64,000 nucleotides of DNA from Pseudomonas sp. PIC25 (lineage in GTDB: Bacteria > Pseudomonadota > Gammaproteobacteria > Pseudomonadales > Pseudomonadaceae). Of the stretch, positions 41,532 through 51,714 are shown one piece after another. A model generated the notes under the pieces. The model saw nothing but the letters and a program-made list of their open reading frames with translations. It was not told the origin of the DNA and ran no database searches. The stretch is from contig NZ_MUJY01000041.1 in the NCBI RefSeq assembly GCF_002286785.1, positions 46,710-110,709 of the forward strand, read 5' to 3'. Every line of letters starts with the position of its first letter. Position 1 is the first letter of the stretch. Made by a program: the position numbers and the translations under genes.

Positions 41532-44500
41532 ATGCCGTTACGCAGGACTCTGTTTCCCGTGCCGAAGTCTCCGTCCACACCGCCGCGAACCTCCGACGAG
41601 ACTCCGCTCCCTGCGCGCGGCTCGGTCAAGGGTGTGCTGGTGGTCCTGCTGCTGCTCATGCTGGGCCTGTTGCTCTGGCAACTGCAGCAGGAATTCGGCC
41701 AGCAACGCGAAAGCCGACGCCAGCGCAGCCTGGAGTACAGCAGCCAACTGGCCGGTCATCTGACGCTCACCCTGGAACTGAAAGCCCACGCGGCCCTCGC
41801 CCTGCTGCGCCAGAGCGCCTTGCTCCCACCCCCTCGGGGTGAGAACCGCGAAGCCCTGATCCGCAGCCTCCGTCACCTGTTTCCAGGGCTGCGCAGCCTG
41901 GCCTGGCTGGATGCCCAAGGGCGGTCTTTCGTCGATAGCGCAGCCGGGGGCGACGACGCCGCGTTCCTCGCCGCGCTGGTCGAGCGCAACCGGGATCATC
42001 CCTACCACTTCGCCTTCGATAACCGCGGCGACGGGCAGTTCTACCTGCTCCTGCGCCAGTCCTCGAAGAACGGCGCCAGCGACTACTGGGTGCTGCGCCT
42101 GCCCGCACGCTCGATGGCCGACTGGCTGCGCGACCTGCACAGCCAGGAGCACCGCTGGCTGATCGAGGACCGCCTGAGCCAGCTCGTCATCGCTCGCCGC
42201 CCGCAGGCGCCGGGGCAGCCAACGCTCGCCACGCTGACCGCCGAAGAGCAAGCCCAGAGCATCCTGGTATCGCCGCTGGACGGCAGCGACTGGCAACTGC
42301 GCGCCCTGTTCGATGAACGCAAGCTCGGCAGCGAAGTCCTGCCGGGCCTGGCCGGCAAGCTGCTGCTGTTCCTGTTCTGCAGCGCCCTCGCCTGCGTCGC
42401 CCTGTTCGGACTGCAACGCGAACAACGCATCCTGCATGAACTGAACGCCGCCTCGCGACGCTCGTTGCGCTATGCCGCCAGCGCCCTGCGGGCCATCGAG
42501 GAGCGGGTCCTGGTCACCCGTGTCGATGGCCAGCTCATCTACCTCAATCCGCAGGCCGAGCAGCTGTTCGGCCTGAGCGGCGGCGAAATCCAGGGACACC
42601 ACCTGCTCGACCTGCTGCCCGATCTCGACCCGTTGCTCCTGCACGGCGCCACCTTCCACAGCGATCTCGACCCGGACCTGGTGGAAGTGACCCAGCACGG
42701 CATGCGCCGGCTGTTCGCCGTGACCCGCAGCGATCTCGGCGACGACCATGCCCGCTCGGGCTACGTCTGGGTGCTGCGCGACGTCACGGAAAAACAGCAG
42801 GCCATGCGCGTGCTGCACGAAACCCGCCGCCGCTACCAGGACATCTTCGAAGGCACCGGCATCGCCCTCTGCGTGCTCGACCTGGCCGGCCTGCGGCGCT
42901 TCCTGCTGCAACAGGACCTGCGTGGCAGCGAAGCACTGGCCGACTGGCTGGCCGCCCATCCGCAGCGCCATCAGGAACTGCTCCAGCACCTGCGCTTCAC
43001 CGAGGCCAACCAGGTGGCGCTGCGCCTGCTCGGCGTCTCCACCACCGAACAGGTCTGGCACCATCTGGTGGACAGCGGCCCGCTGCGCCCCGGCGGTATC
43101 CGCTTCCAGTTGATCGCCGCCGTGCTCGGCGAACAGAACCATCTGGAGATGGAAACCCGGATCGTCACGCCGCAGGGCGTGGAGCGCCACCTCTGGCTGG
43201 TCCTGCGCCTGCCGGAAATGATCCAGGACTACCACGCGGTTACCCTGAGCATCAGCGACATCACCAGCCGCAAGCGCATCGAGCTGTCGCTGATCGAGCG
43301 CGAGCGTTTCTGGTCGGAAGTCGTCCGCGCCGTTCCGGACACGCTCTACGTGCACGACATGAGCAGCAAGCGGGTGATGTTCAGCAACCACCACCTGGGC
43401 CTGCGCCTCGGCTACGACAAGGACGAGCTGAAGGAAATGGGCGAGCACTTCTGGGAGCGCATCCTGCACCCGGACGATTTCGAGTACTACCGGCGCATCC
43501 GCAACCTGCAGCAGGTGGTCGGCCAGAACGTGCTGCTCGAATCCATCCTGCGCTGGCGCCACAAGGACGGAAGTTGGCACTGGTTCAGCATCCGCGAACA
43601 GGCGCTGTCGCGCGACGAGGCAGGCCGGGTCAGCCGCCTGATCGGCGTGGCCAAGGACATCACCGAGCAGATCGAGGCCAGCGACTCGCTACGCGAAAGC
43701 GAGCGCCGCTATCGCCTGCTGGCGGAGAGCATCAGCGACGTGATCTTCTCCACCGACAGCGAGCTGGAACTGAACTACGTCAGCCCCTCGGTGCAACCGG
43801 TCCTCGGCTACAGTGCCGACTGGGTGCTGGCCAACAGCTTCCAGCGGCTGGCCGCCAATCCGCGCCAGTTGGCGGAACTCTACGCCATGCTCAACCGCGT
43901 GCGCGGTGCCCTGGGCGATCCGCAACGGCTGGCCGAGCTGCGCAACCAGTTGCCGACCCAGCCGCACCTGTTCGACTGCCTGCGCGCCGACGGCCGCAAG
44001 ATCCCCGTGGAGCTGCGCCTGGTACCGATGTGGGACGAGCACGGCCGCTTCGAGGGCATGCTCGGCGTCGGCCGCGACGTCAGCCAGCAGCGCCGCGCGG
44101 AAAAGGAACTACGCATGGCGGCCACCGTATTCGCCCACTCTACGGCGGCGATCCTGATCACCGATCCGGCCGGCTACATCGTGCAGGTCAACGAGGCGTT
44201 CTGCCGGATCACCGGCTACGACAGCGCCGAAGTCCTCGACCAGTTGCCGAACCTGCTCACCGCCGACCGCCAGCAGGCCAACCACCTGCGCTACATCGTC
44301 AAACAGCTCGACCAGCGTGGCAGTTGGGAGGGCGAGATCTGGCTCAAGCGGCGCACCGGCGAAAGCTATCCGGCCTGGGTCGGCATCACCGCCGTGCAGG
44401 ACGGCGAAGGCGATCTGGTCAGCTACGTGTGCTTCTTCAGCGACATCAGCGAGCGCAAGGCCAGCGAGCAGCGCATCCACCGCCTGGCCTACTACGACGC

Positions 44501-45797
44501 CCTCACCCACCTGCCCAACCGCACGCTGTTCCAGGACCGCCTGCACACCGCCCTGCAACATGCCGAGCGGCATGACGAATGGGTGGTGCTGATGTTCCTC
44601 GACCTCGACCGCTTCAAGCCGATCAACGACTCCCTCGGCCACGCCGCCGGCGACCGCATGCTCAAGGACGTGGCACTACGCCTGGCCGCCTGCGTCGATG
44701 AGGACGACACCGTGGCACGCATGGGCGGCGACGAATTCACCCTGTTGCTGCAACCGCGTGCCACCCGCGAAGGCGCACTGAACCGGGCCATCCACGTCGC
44801 CGAGCAGATTCTCGCCAGTCTGGCGCGGCCGTTCATCCTCGAGGGCCGCGAATTCTTCGTCACCGCCAGCATCGGCATCGCCCTCGGCCCGCAGGACGGG
44901 CAGGAGCTGAGCCATCTGATGAAGAACGCCGACACCGCGATGTATCACGCCAAGGAACGCGGCAAGAACAACTTCCAGTTCTATCAGGCGGAAATGAACG
45001 CCAGCGCGCTGGAGCGTCTGGAACTGGAAAGCGATCTGCGCCATGCCCTGGACCTGGGCGAATTCCAGCTCTATTACCAGCCGCAGTTCTCCGGCGACGG
45101 CAAACGCCTCACCGGCGTCGAGGCGTTGCTGCGCTGGTACCACCCACGGCGCGGCCATGTGCCACCGATCGACTTCATCCCGGTGCTGGAAGAGCTCGGC
45201 CTGGTGGTCCAGGTGGGCGATTGGGTGCTGAGCGAAGCCTGCCGCCAACTCAAACGCTGGCACATGGCGCGGGTCCGGGTGCCGAAGATTTCGGTGAACA
45301 TCTCCGCCCGGCAGTTCGCCGATGGCCAGTTGGGCACCCGCATCGCCCACATCCTCCAGGAGAGCGGCATTCCGCCGGCCTGCCTGGAGCTGGAGCTGAC
45401 CGAGAGCATTCTGATGCGCGACGTCGGCGAAGCCATGCAGATCCTCGCTGGCCTCAAGCGCCTGGGCCTGTGCATCGCGGTGGACGACTTCGGCACCGGT
45501 TACTCGTCGCTGAACTACCTCAAGCAGTTCCCCATCGATGTGCTGAAAATCGACCGCAGCTTCGTCGACGGCCTGCCCTACGGCGAACAGGACGCGCAGA
45601 TCGCCCGGGCCATCATCGCCATGTCCCACAGCCTGAACCTGGCGGTGATCGCCGAAGGCGTGGAAACCCAGGAACAGCTCGACTTCCTTCGCGAACACGG
45701 CTGCGACGAGGTGCAGGGCTATCTATTCGGCCGGCCGATGCTCGCCGAACAGTTCCAGCACCACTTCGGCGGCGCCGCCCTGTTCGTTCTCAACTGA
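41532..45797 (+). CDS. morA: MorA-like membrane-anchored multi-PAS GGDEF-EAL protein
   Basis: N-terminal TM segments, several PAS/PAC domains, an intact GGDEF (RMGGDEF) and EAL (ELELTES...DDFGTGYSSL...EGVE) motifs. Start codon is uncertain. Confidence 0.8.
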   Translation: MPLRRTLFPVPKSPSTPPRTSDETPLPARGSVKGVLVVLLLLMLGLLLWQLQQEFGQQRESRRQRSLEYSSQLAGHLTLTLELKAHAALALLRQSALLPPPRGENREALIRSLRHLFPGLRSLAWLDAQGRSFVDSAAGGDDAAFLAALVERNRDHPYHFAFDNRGDGQFYLLLRQSSKNGASDYWVLRLPARSMADWLRDLHSQEHRWLIEDRLSQLVIARRPQAPGQPTLATLTAEEQAQSILVSPLDGSDWQLRALFDERKLGSEVLPGLAGKLLLFLFCSALACVALFGLQREQRILHELNAASRRSLRYAASALRAIEERVLVTRVDGQLIYLNPQAEQLFGLSGGEIQGHHLLDLLPDLDPLLLHGATFHSDLDPDLVEVTQHGMRRLFAVTRSDLGDDHARSGYVWVLRDVTEKQQAMRVLHETRRRYQDIFEGTGIALCVLDLAGLRRFLLQQDLRGSEALADWLAAHPQRHQELLQHLRFTEANQVALRLLGVSTTEQVWHHLVDSGPLRPGGIRFQLIAAVLGEQNHLEMETRIVTPQGVERHLWLVLRLPEMIQDYHAVTLSISDITSRKRIELSLIERERFWSEVVRAVPDTLYVHDMSSKRVMFSNHHLGLRLGYDKDELKEMGEHFWERILHPDDFEYYRRIRNLQQVVGQNVLLESILRWRHKDGSWHWFSIREQALSRDEAGRVSRLIGVAKDITEQIEASDSLRESERRYRLLAESISDVIFSTDSELELNYVSPSVQPVLGYSADWVLANSFQRLAANPRQLAELYAMLNRVRGALGDPQRLAELRNQLPTQPHLFDCLRADGRKIPVELRLVPMWDEHGRFEGMLGVGRDVSQQRRAEKELRMAATVFAHSTAAILITDPAGYIVQVNEAFCRITGYDSAEVLDQLPNLLTADRQQANHLRYIVKQLDQRGSWEGEIWLKRRTGESYPAWVGITAVQDGEGDLVSYVCFFSDISERKASEQRIHRLAYYDALTHLPNRTLFQDRLHTALQHAERHDEWVVLMFLDLDRFKPINDSLGHAAGDRMLKDVALRLAACVDEDDTVARMGGDEFTLLLQPRATREGALNRAIHVAEQILASLARPFILEGREFFVTASIGIALGPQDGQELSHLMKNADTAMYHAKERGKNNFQFYQAEMNASALERLELESDLRHALDLGEFQLYYQPQFSGDGKRLTGVEALLRWYHPRRGHVPPIDFIPVLEELGLVVQVGDWVLSEACRQLKRWHMARVRVPKISVNISARQFADGQLGTRIAHILQESGIPPACLELELTESILMRDVGEAMQILAGLKRLGLCIAVDDFGTGYSSLNYLKQFPIDVLKIDRSFVDGLPYGEQDAQIARAIIAMSHSLNLAVIAEGVETQEQLDFLREHGCDEVQGYLFGRPMLAEQFQHHFGGAALFVLN

Positions 45798-45948
45798 TCG
45801 CTTTCTGCTCGCTTGCCGCTTGAAGCCGCTTTTTTCTGATGAACCCCGCTTGTCTGTCACATGACCGACCTTCATATGCCTGCCAGCGACGGATGGGGTA
45901 GAATCTGCGCCCTCTCACTACCGCCCAGCTGATTCTCAGGGGATTGCC

Positions 45949-47205
45949 ATGTTCAGCCGTGATTTGACCCTCGCCCGCTACGATGCCGACCTGTTCGCCG
46001 CGATGGAGCAAGAAGCCCAGCGCCAGGAAGAGCACATCGAGCTGATCGCCTCCGAGAACTACACCAGCCCGGCGGTGATGGAAGCCCAGGGCTCCGTCCT
46101 GACCAACAAGTACGCCGAAGGCTATCCGCACAAGCGCTACTACGGCGGTTGCGAGTACGTCGACATCGTCGAGCAACTGGCCATCGACCGTGCCAAGGAG
46201 CTGTTCGGCGCCGACTACGCCAACGTCCAGCCGCACTCCGGCTCCCAGGCCAACAGCGCGGTGTTCCAGGCGCTGGTCAAGCCGGGCGAAACCGTCCTCG
46301 GCATGAGCCTGGCCCACGGCGGCCACCTGACCCACGGCGCCAGCGTCAACTTCTCCGGCAAGATCTACAACGCCGTGCAGTACGGCCTGAACCCGGAAAC
46401 CGGCCTGATCGACTACGACGAAGTCGAGCGCCTGGCCGTCGAACACAAGCCGAAAATGATCATCGCCGGCTTCTCCGCCTACTCCCAAGTCCTGGATTTC
46501 CCGCGTTTCCGCGAGATCGCCGATAAGGTCGGCGCCTACCTGTTCGTCGACATGGCCCACGTGGCCGGCCTGGTCGCCGCCGGTGTGTACCCGAACCCGG
46601 TGCCGTTCGCCGACGTGGTCACCACCACCACCCACAAGACCCTGCGCGGCCCGCGCGGCGGCCTGATCCTGGCCAAGGCCAACGAAGAAATCGAGAAGAA
46701 ACTGAACTCCGCCGTGTTCCCCGGCGGCCAGGGCGGCCCGCTGATGCATGTGATCGCGGCCAAGGCGGTGTGCTTCAAGGAAGCCCTGTCCCCCGAGTTC
46801 AAGACCTACCAGGAGCAGGTGGTGAAAAACGCCCAGGCCATGGCCCAAGTGTTCGTCGACCGCGGCTTCGACGTGGTCTCCGGCGGCACCCGGAACCATT
46901 TGTTCCTGCTCAGCCTGATCAAGCAGGACATCACCGGCAAGGATGCGGACGCCGCCCTCGGCCGCGCCTTCATCACCGTGAACAAGAACGCCGTACCGAA
47001 CGACCCGCGCTCGCCGTTCGTCACCTCGGGCCTGCGTATCGGCACCCCGGCCGTGACCACCCGCGGCTTCAAGGAAGTCGAGTGCCGCGAACTGGCCAAC
47101 TGGATCTGCGACATCCTCGACCACATGGGCGATGAGTCCGTGGTCGACCGCGTACGCGAGCAGGTTCGCGCCGTCTGCGCCAAGTTCCCGGTGTACGGCA
47201 AGTAA
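45949..47205 (+). CDS. glyA: Serine hydroxymethyltransferase
   Basis: Full-length SHMT (418 aa) with the PLP-lysine region [14 protein letters not shown]. Confidence 0.95.
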   Translation: MFSRDLTLARYDADLFAAMEQEAQRQEEHIELIASENYTSPAVMEAQGSVLTNKYAEGYPHKRYYGGCEYVDIVEQLAIDRAKELFGADYANVQPHSGSQANSAVFQALVKPGETVLGMSLAHGGHLTHGASVNFSGKIYNAVQYGLNPETGLIDYDEVERLAVEHKPKMIIAGFSAYSQVLDFPRFREIADKVGAYLFVDMAHVAGLVAAGVYPNPVPFADVVTTTTHKTLRGPRGGLILAKANEEIEKKLNSAVFPGGQGGPLMHVIAAKAVCFKEALSPEFKTYQEQVVKNAQAMAQVFVDRGFDVVSGGTRNHLFLLSLIKQDITGKDADAALGRAFITVNKNAVPNDPRSPFVTSGLRIGTPAVTTRGFKEVECRELANWICDILDHMGDESVVDRVREQVRAVCAKFPVYGK

Positions 47206-47218
47206 GCGAAGCGTTGAC

Positions 47219-47251
47219 GAAAAAAGCCCGGCCATGAGTGCCGGGCTTTTT
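47219..47251. terminator. Bidirectional rho-independent terminator (glyA / convergent DUF3015 gene)
   Basis: An A7 run, the hairpin GCCCGGC-catgagt-GCCGGGC, then a T5 run. Confidence 0.8.
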
Positions 47252-47273
47252 CATTCGCGATCGGTGGATACCC

Positions 47274-47780
47274 TCAGGCAGGCTGCCTGGCGTAACGCGC
47301 CAACTGCTTGTCGCGGCTCATCACGTCCAGCGTCGCGGCCAGCACCTGCTCTCCGGTGACGTCGGGGGACGAGAAAATCCGGTCGAAATTCTCCTGGGTC
47401 ACCTTGGCGAAGTGAGCCCGGTCGGCCTGCTCGATTCCCAGCAGCGTGGCATAGGCATCCAGCGCTTCGCCCTGCCCCAACGCCATGTCTTCGGCAATGT
47501 TGTCGAGCATGCCGTTCATGGCCAGGATCGAACGTCCGCCGTAGCCCAGCTTGACGTTGGTGTCGCAGCCATTGGTGCCGGAGGTCATGCCGAAGGTGGC
47601 ATTGCCCGAGGTGCCGTTGGTGGTGGTGGCCAGCAAGTGGGGGATCAGGCCGCGCTGGCCCTCGAACAGCATGTTGCCCCAGCCGCAGCCGTTGCCACCG
47701 GCCGCATCCGCGTGAGCTGCCACGCTGGCCATGCTCATCAGACCGAAGATCAGACCCTTGCCTAACAGTCGCTTGTCCAT
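47274..47780 (-). CDS. DUF3015-like secreted protein
   Basis: Signal peptide MDKRLLGKGLIFGLMSMASVAAHA with a GGAG RBS. Gly/Thr-rich mature part. Confidence 0.5.
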   Translation of the reverse strand: MDKRLLGKGLIFGLMSMASVAAHADAAGGNGCGWGNMLFEGQRGLIPHLLATTTNGTSGNATFGMTSGTNGCDTNVKLGYGGRSILAMNGMLDNIAEDMALGQGEALDAYATLLGIEQADRAHFAKVTQENFDRIFSSPDVTGEQVLAATLDVMSRDKQLARYARQPA

Positions 47781-47902
47781 ATTGCGCTCCGTCATTTTTA
47801 GGAAACAAAACCGCCTAAGGAGCTTTGGCGACACTCCCCTCCCTGTCAAACCGAAGCCGGAAAGCCCTACACTGCGCCTCATGTCATCGCCAGGAGGCCC
47901 CC

Positions 47903-48364
47903 ATGGCTGCCCGCTCCTCCGGAGTCACCCTCGCTCCGCCGCTGATCTACCTGATTTTCATCCTCTTCGCCTGGGCCCTGAGCCGCCAGTTGCCGATCCC
48001 GCTGCCGGACAACGACTGGACACGGTACGCCGGCTGGGGCCTGATCGATGCGGGGCTGTTGCTGATGATCTGGGCCGCCTTGCTGATGGCCCGCCACAAG
48101 ACCACCATCAACCCGTTCCGCAAGCCGCAGCAATTGCTGGAAAAAGGCCCTTTCCGCTTCTCGCGCAACCCCATCTACCTGGGCGATACGCTGATCTATT
48201 GCGGCATCGGCCTACTGCTCGCCAGCCTCTGGCCCTGGCTGTTGCTGCCCTTGCTGATTGTCTGCATGAATCGTGGGGTCATCCGCTACGAGGAAAGCCT
48301 GCTGACCCGGCTGTTTGGCGACACCTATCGGGCCTATCAGGCCCGCGTTCGCCGCTGGCTTTAA
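47903..48364 (+). CDS. Isoprenylcysteine carboxyl methyltransferase (ICMT)-family membrane protein
   Basis: Four TM helices and a C-terminal RYEESLLTRLFGDTYRAYQARVRRW motif. Confidence 0.55.
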   Translation: MAARSSGVTLAPPLIYLIFILFAWALSRQLPIPLPDNDWTRYAGWGLIDAGLLLMIWAALLMARHKTTINPFRKPQQLLEKGPFRFSRNPIYLGDTLIYCGIGLLLASLWPWLLLPLLIVCMNRGVIRYEESLLTRLFGDTYRAYQARVRRWL

Positions 48365-48467
48365 GCCAAACCTTGCCGCCAAGAAAAGGTCCCATGTTTT
48401 GCGGAGCACGCGCCGGGTGGGTCTCGACCAGCTTGGCTATAGTGGATAGAACCCGCAGAGGAACCCC

Positions 48468-48839
48468 GTGATGAACGAGCCTGCCAATGAGCGTCGACGT
48501 TTCCACCGCGTCGAGTTCGATGCCGATACCGAACTGAGCCAGGGCGACCGGCGCTGGAAGGTCGTCTTGCACGACCTGTCGCTGAAAGGCCTGCTGGTGG
48601 AACGCCCGCAGGGCTGGAACGGCGACCCGAACCAGCCCTTCCTGGCGGACATCCGCCTGAGCTCCGATATCCACGTACGGATGGAAGTGGTCCTGACCCG
48701 GACCCAGAACGAGCAGCTCGGCTTCGTCTGTCGCCACATCGATCTCGACTCCATCAGCCACCTGCGCCGGCTGATCGAACTCAACCTGGGCGACGAAGAC
48801 CTGTTGGAGCGCGACCTCGCCGCCCTGGGAGAAACCTAG
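48468..48839 (+). CDS. Stand-alone PilZ-domain c-di-GMP-binding protein
   Basis: RxxxR (RRRFHR) and DxSxxG (DLSLKG) motifs, 123 aa. Confidence 0.8.
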   Translation: MMNEPANERRRFHRVEFDADTELSQGDRRWKVVLHDLSLKGLLVERPQGWNGDPNQPFLADIRLSSDIHVRMEVVLTRTQNEQLGFVCRHIDLDSISHLRRLIELNLGDEDLLERDLAALGET

Positions 48840-48941
48840 AAGCGGCGGCAAGCCGCAAGAAAAAGCAGCATGATCGAAGCCTTACCCCAGCGTCAGGCAC
48901 CACTCGACCTCCTCTTGCCGCTTGATGCTTGTGGCTGCTTT

Positions 48942-50300
48942 TTACTCAAAAAGCGCATCCAATGCCTGTTCCAGGCGTGTCACCGCGATCACCTGTAAAC
49001 CGGCCGGGGCTTCCTTGGGGGCGTTGCCCTTGGGCACGATGGCGCGCTTGAAGCCATGTTTGGCGGCCTCCTTGAGGCGCTCCTGGCCACTCGGCACCGG
49101 GCGGATTTCGCCGGACAGGCCGATCTCGCCGAAGACCAGCAGGTCGTGCGGCAACGGCCGGTTGCGCAAGCTGGAGATCACTGCGGCCATCAGCGCCAGG
49201 TCCGATGCGGTTTCCAGCACCTTCACCCCGCCGACGACGTTGAGGAACACGTCCTGATCGTAAGTGGGAATGCCGCCATGCCGGTGCAGCACGGCCAGGA
49301 GCATGGCCAGGCGGTTCTGGTCCAGGCCCAGGGTCACCCGGCGCGGGTTGGCCAGGTGACTGGTGTCCACCAGCGCCTGTACTTCCACCAGCATCGGCCG
49401 CGAACCTTCCCAGGTGGCCATGACCACGCTGCCGGGCACCGACTCCTGGGCACGGGTGAGGAAGATCGCCGACGGGTTGGAAACTTCCTTGAGACCCTTG
49501 TCGGTCATGCCGAACACACCCAGCTCGTTGACCGCGCCGAAACGGTTCTTCACTGCCCGCAGCAGGCGCAGGCGGCCATCGGACTCGCCTTCGAAATACA
49601 GCACCGTGTCCACCATGTGCTCCAGCACGCGCGGCCCGGCCAAGGCGCCTTCCTTGGTCACGTGGCCGACCAGGAACACCGCGGTGCCGCTCTGCTTGGC
49701 GAAGCGCACCAGCAACGCAGCGCTTTCGCGCACCTGGGCGACGCCGCCGGGGGCGGACTGGAGCTGTTCGGTGAAGATGGTCTGGATCGAGTCGATCACC
49801 ATCACCTTGGGCTGCTCGCGCCGGGCGGTGGCGATGATGGTTTCGATGCAGGTCTCGGTCATTACCTTCAACCGATCCTGCGGCAGGTCCAGGCGGCGGG
49901 CGCGCATCGCCACCTGCTGCTGGGATTCCTCGCCGGTGACGTAGAGCGCCGGGAAGCGCTGGGCGATGTTGCAGAGGGTCTGCAGGAGGATGGTGGATTT
50001 GCCGATGCCGGGGTCGCCGCCAATCAGCACCACCGAGCCATCGACCAAGCCGCCGCCGAGCACACGGTCCAGCTCACCGGACGCGGTGGAAAACCGCGGC
50101 ACCTCTTCGACGCTGACTTCCGCCAGGGTCTTGATCTGCGCCTGATCGCCGGCCCAGCCGGTGCGCCCGGAGGGGGTCGCCCCCTCCACTACGGTTTCTA
50201 CCAGGGTGTTCCACGCGCCGCACTCGCCGCACTGACCGGCCCATTTGGGGAAGGTGGCGCCGCACTCGGTGCAGCCGTACATGCGCTTGGCCTTAGCCAT
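48942..50300 (-). CDS. radA: DNA repair protein RadA/Sms
   Basis: C4 zinc finger (CTECGATFPKWAGQCGECGAW), RecA-like Walker A (GGDPGIGKST), the KNRFG motif and a Lon-like C-domain. Confidence 0.95.
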   Translation of the reverse strand: MAKAKRMYGCTECGATFPKWAGQCGECGAWNTLVETVVEGATPSGRTGWAGDQAQIKTLAEVSVEEVPRFSTASGELDRVLGGGLVDGSVVLIGGDPGIGKSTILLQTLCNIAQRFPALYVTGEESQQQVAMRARRLDLPQDRLKVMTETCIETIIATARREQPKVMVIDSIQTIFTEQLQSAPGGVAQVRESAALLVRFAKQSGTAVFLVGHVTKEGALAGPRVLEHMVDTVLYFEGESDGRLRLLRAVKNRFGAVNELGVFGMTDKGLKEVSNPSAIFLTRAQESVPGSVVMATWEGSRPMLVEVQALVDTSHLANPRRVTLGLDQNRLAMLLAVLHRHGGIPTYDQDVFLNVVGGVKVLETASDLALMAAVISSLRNRPLPHDLLVFGEIGLSGEIRPVPSGQERLKEAAKHGFKRAIVPKGNAPKEAPAGLQVIAVTRLEQALDALFE

Positions 50301-50357
50301 CGCGAACTCCTGTCGGAAAGACGAAAGCTCGCATGATAGCTGCAGGCGGCGCGGGGA

Positions 50358-50630
50358 TCAGCCTCCGCAGCAACCGCAGCAGGCGCCGCCGGCCTTTTTC
50401 TTCAGTTTGCGCGCCAGTTCGTCCTTGAGCAGCACGCGCTGCTGCTTGAGCGCGGACAAGCCGGCATCGTCGAGCGTTTCGGTGCCCTCCTCGATGCGGC
50501 AGATGCGCTTGTCCAGCGCTTCGTATTCGTCGGCCTGCTGGGCGAAGTGGCTGTCGGATTCACGCAGGCTGTGCAGTTGCTCGCGCAGCTCGGGGAAATC
50601 CTTGATCAGCGGATGGTGTTCGACGTGCAT
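50358..50630 (-). CDS. DUF465/YdcH-family small protein with a Cys/Gly C-terminal tail
   Basis: HHPLIKDFPELREQLHSLRESDSHFAQ...; C-terminus GGACCGCCGG. Confidence 0.55.
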   Translation of the reverse strand: MHVEHHPLIKDFPELREQLHSLRESDSHFAQQADEYEALDKRICRIEEGTETLDDAGLSALKQQRVLLKDELARKLKKKAGGACCGCCGG

Positions 50631-50697
50631 GGAAAAGCTCCTCAAGCGAAAGAGCCTCCAGCCTAGCCGCGCCCTCCGCCACCCCCATTGACGCCGA

Positions 50698-50955
50698 TCA
50701 AGCGTCCTTCACGCCACCGACCTGCTTGAGACAGGCGGCGATCTCGTCCTTGAGGATCACCCGCTGCAGCTTCAGCCCCTGCAGCGACAGGTCGTCCAGG
50801 GTCTCTCGACCGTCCTCGATCAGGTAGATGCGCCGGTCCAGCACCTGGTACTCCTCCGCCAAGCGGGAGAAGTTGACCGATGTCTGCAGCAACTGCCGCA
50901 TTTCGCTGTGGTACTCCGGAAATTCGCGCGACAAAGGATGATGCTCGAGTGGCAT
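50698..50955 (-). CDS. DUF465/YdcH-family small protein (paralog)
   Basis: MPLEHHPLSREFPEYHSEMRQLLQTS...; same fold signature as the neighbouring gene. Confidence 0.55.
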   Translation of the reverse strand: MPLEHHPLSREFPEYHSEMRQLLQTSVNFSRLAEEYQVLDRRIYLIEDGRETLDDLSLQGLKLQRVILKDEIAACLKQVGGVKDA

Positions 50956-51066
50956 TGGCTGTCCCTCCGGTCCATTGCAGTACTCAGCCTAGCGCAGCGA
51001 CGGCGAGATGGCCTGCGGCCATCGATTCGGCCCCCGGTTTTCCGCCGCGCGGCCGGCACACCGGTT

Positions 51067-51612
51067 TCAAGGTTGCGGTCGGGTACGAATTTCTCCTTCG
51101 GCCAGGCTTCGCGCGCTGTTCCCGAAGGCGTCGTGTGCCTGCAGGTCGGCGCCTCGCGCCTGGAGTGCGGCAAGTAGCTCCTCGCGCTGGAACAACGCCG
51201 CGTACATGGCGGCGGTCTGGCCGCTGGCGTTGCGCTGGTCCGGGGCGCAACCGGCATCCAGCAGGCGTTTGGCGATGGCCAGCTCACCCTTGAAGATCGC
51301 CCCCATCAGCGCCGTGTTGCCGCGCTTGTCCTGGACACAGGGATCGGCTCCGGCTGCCAGCAGCCGGTCGACCAGCTCGCCGTGGCCGTGGTAAGCCGCC
51401 AGGATCAGTCCGGTATAGCCCTTATCGTCCCGGACGTTCAGGTCGAAGCCGGCCTTGACGAACGCCTCCATCATTTCGTCATCGCCGCTGCGGGCCGCCT
51501 CGAAGTAGTAGCGGCGCAGCTCGGCCTGCACGCCGGCAGGGTCCGATGGCGGCTCGGCAGCCACCGTCCAGCCCGAGAAAAACAGCAGGCAGATCAATCC
51601 CCGGAGACGCAT
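51067..51612 (-). CDS. ankB: Ankyrin-repeat protein AnkB, downstream of katB
   Basis: Signal or anchor peptide followed by four ankyrin repeats (TGLILAAYHGHGELVDRLLAAGAD...). Confidence 0.8.
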   Translation of the reverse strand: MRLRGLICLLFFSGWTVAAEPPSDPAGVQAELRRYYFEAARSGDDEMMEAFVKAGFDLNVRDDKGYTGLILAAYHGHGELVDRLLAAGADPCVQDKRGNTALMGAIFKGELAIAKRLLDAGCAPDQRNASGQTAAMYAALFQREELLAALQARGADLQAHDAFGNSARSLAEGEIRTRPQP

Positions 51613-51714
51613 ACCACCTCCATGTCACGAATAAAGGAAGGATGAAGAGCGTCGCTGCCGGGCAGCACGGGGAGTTGGAAACCCGCACCGCCCGGCAACG
51701 ACGAACCCGGTGGA

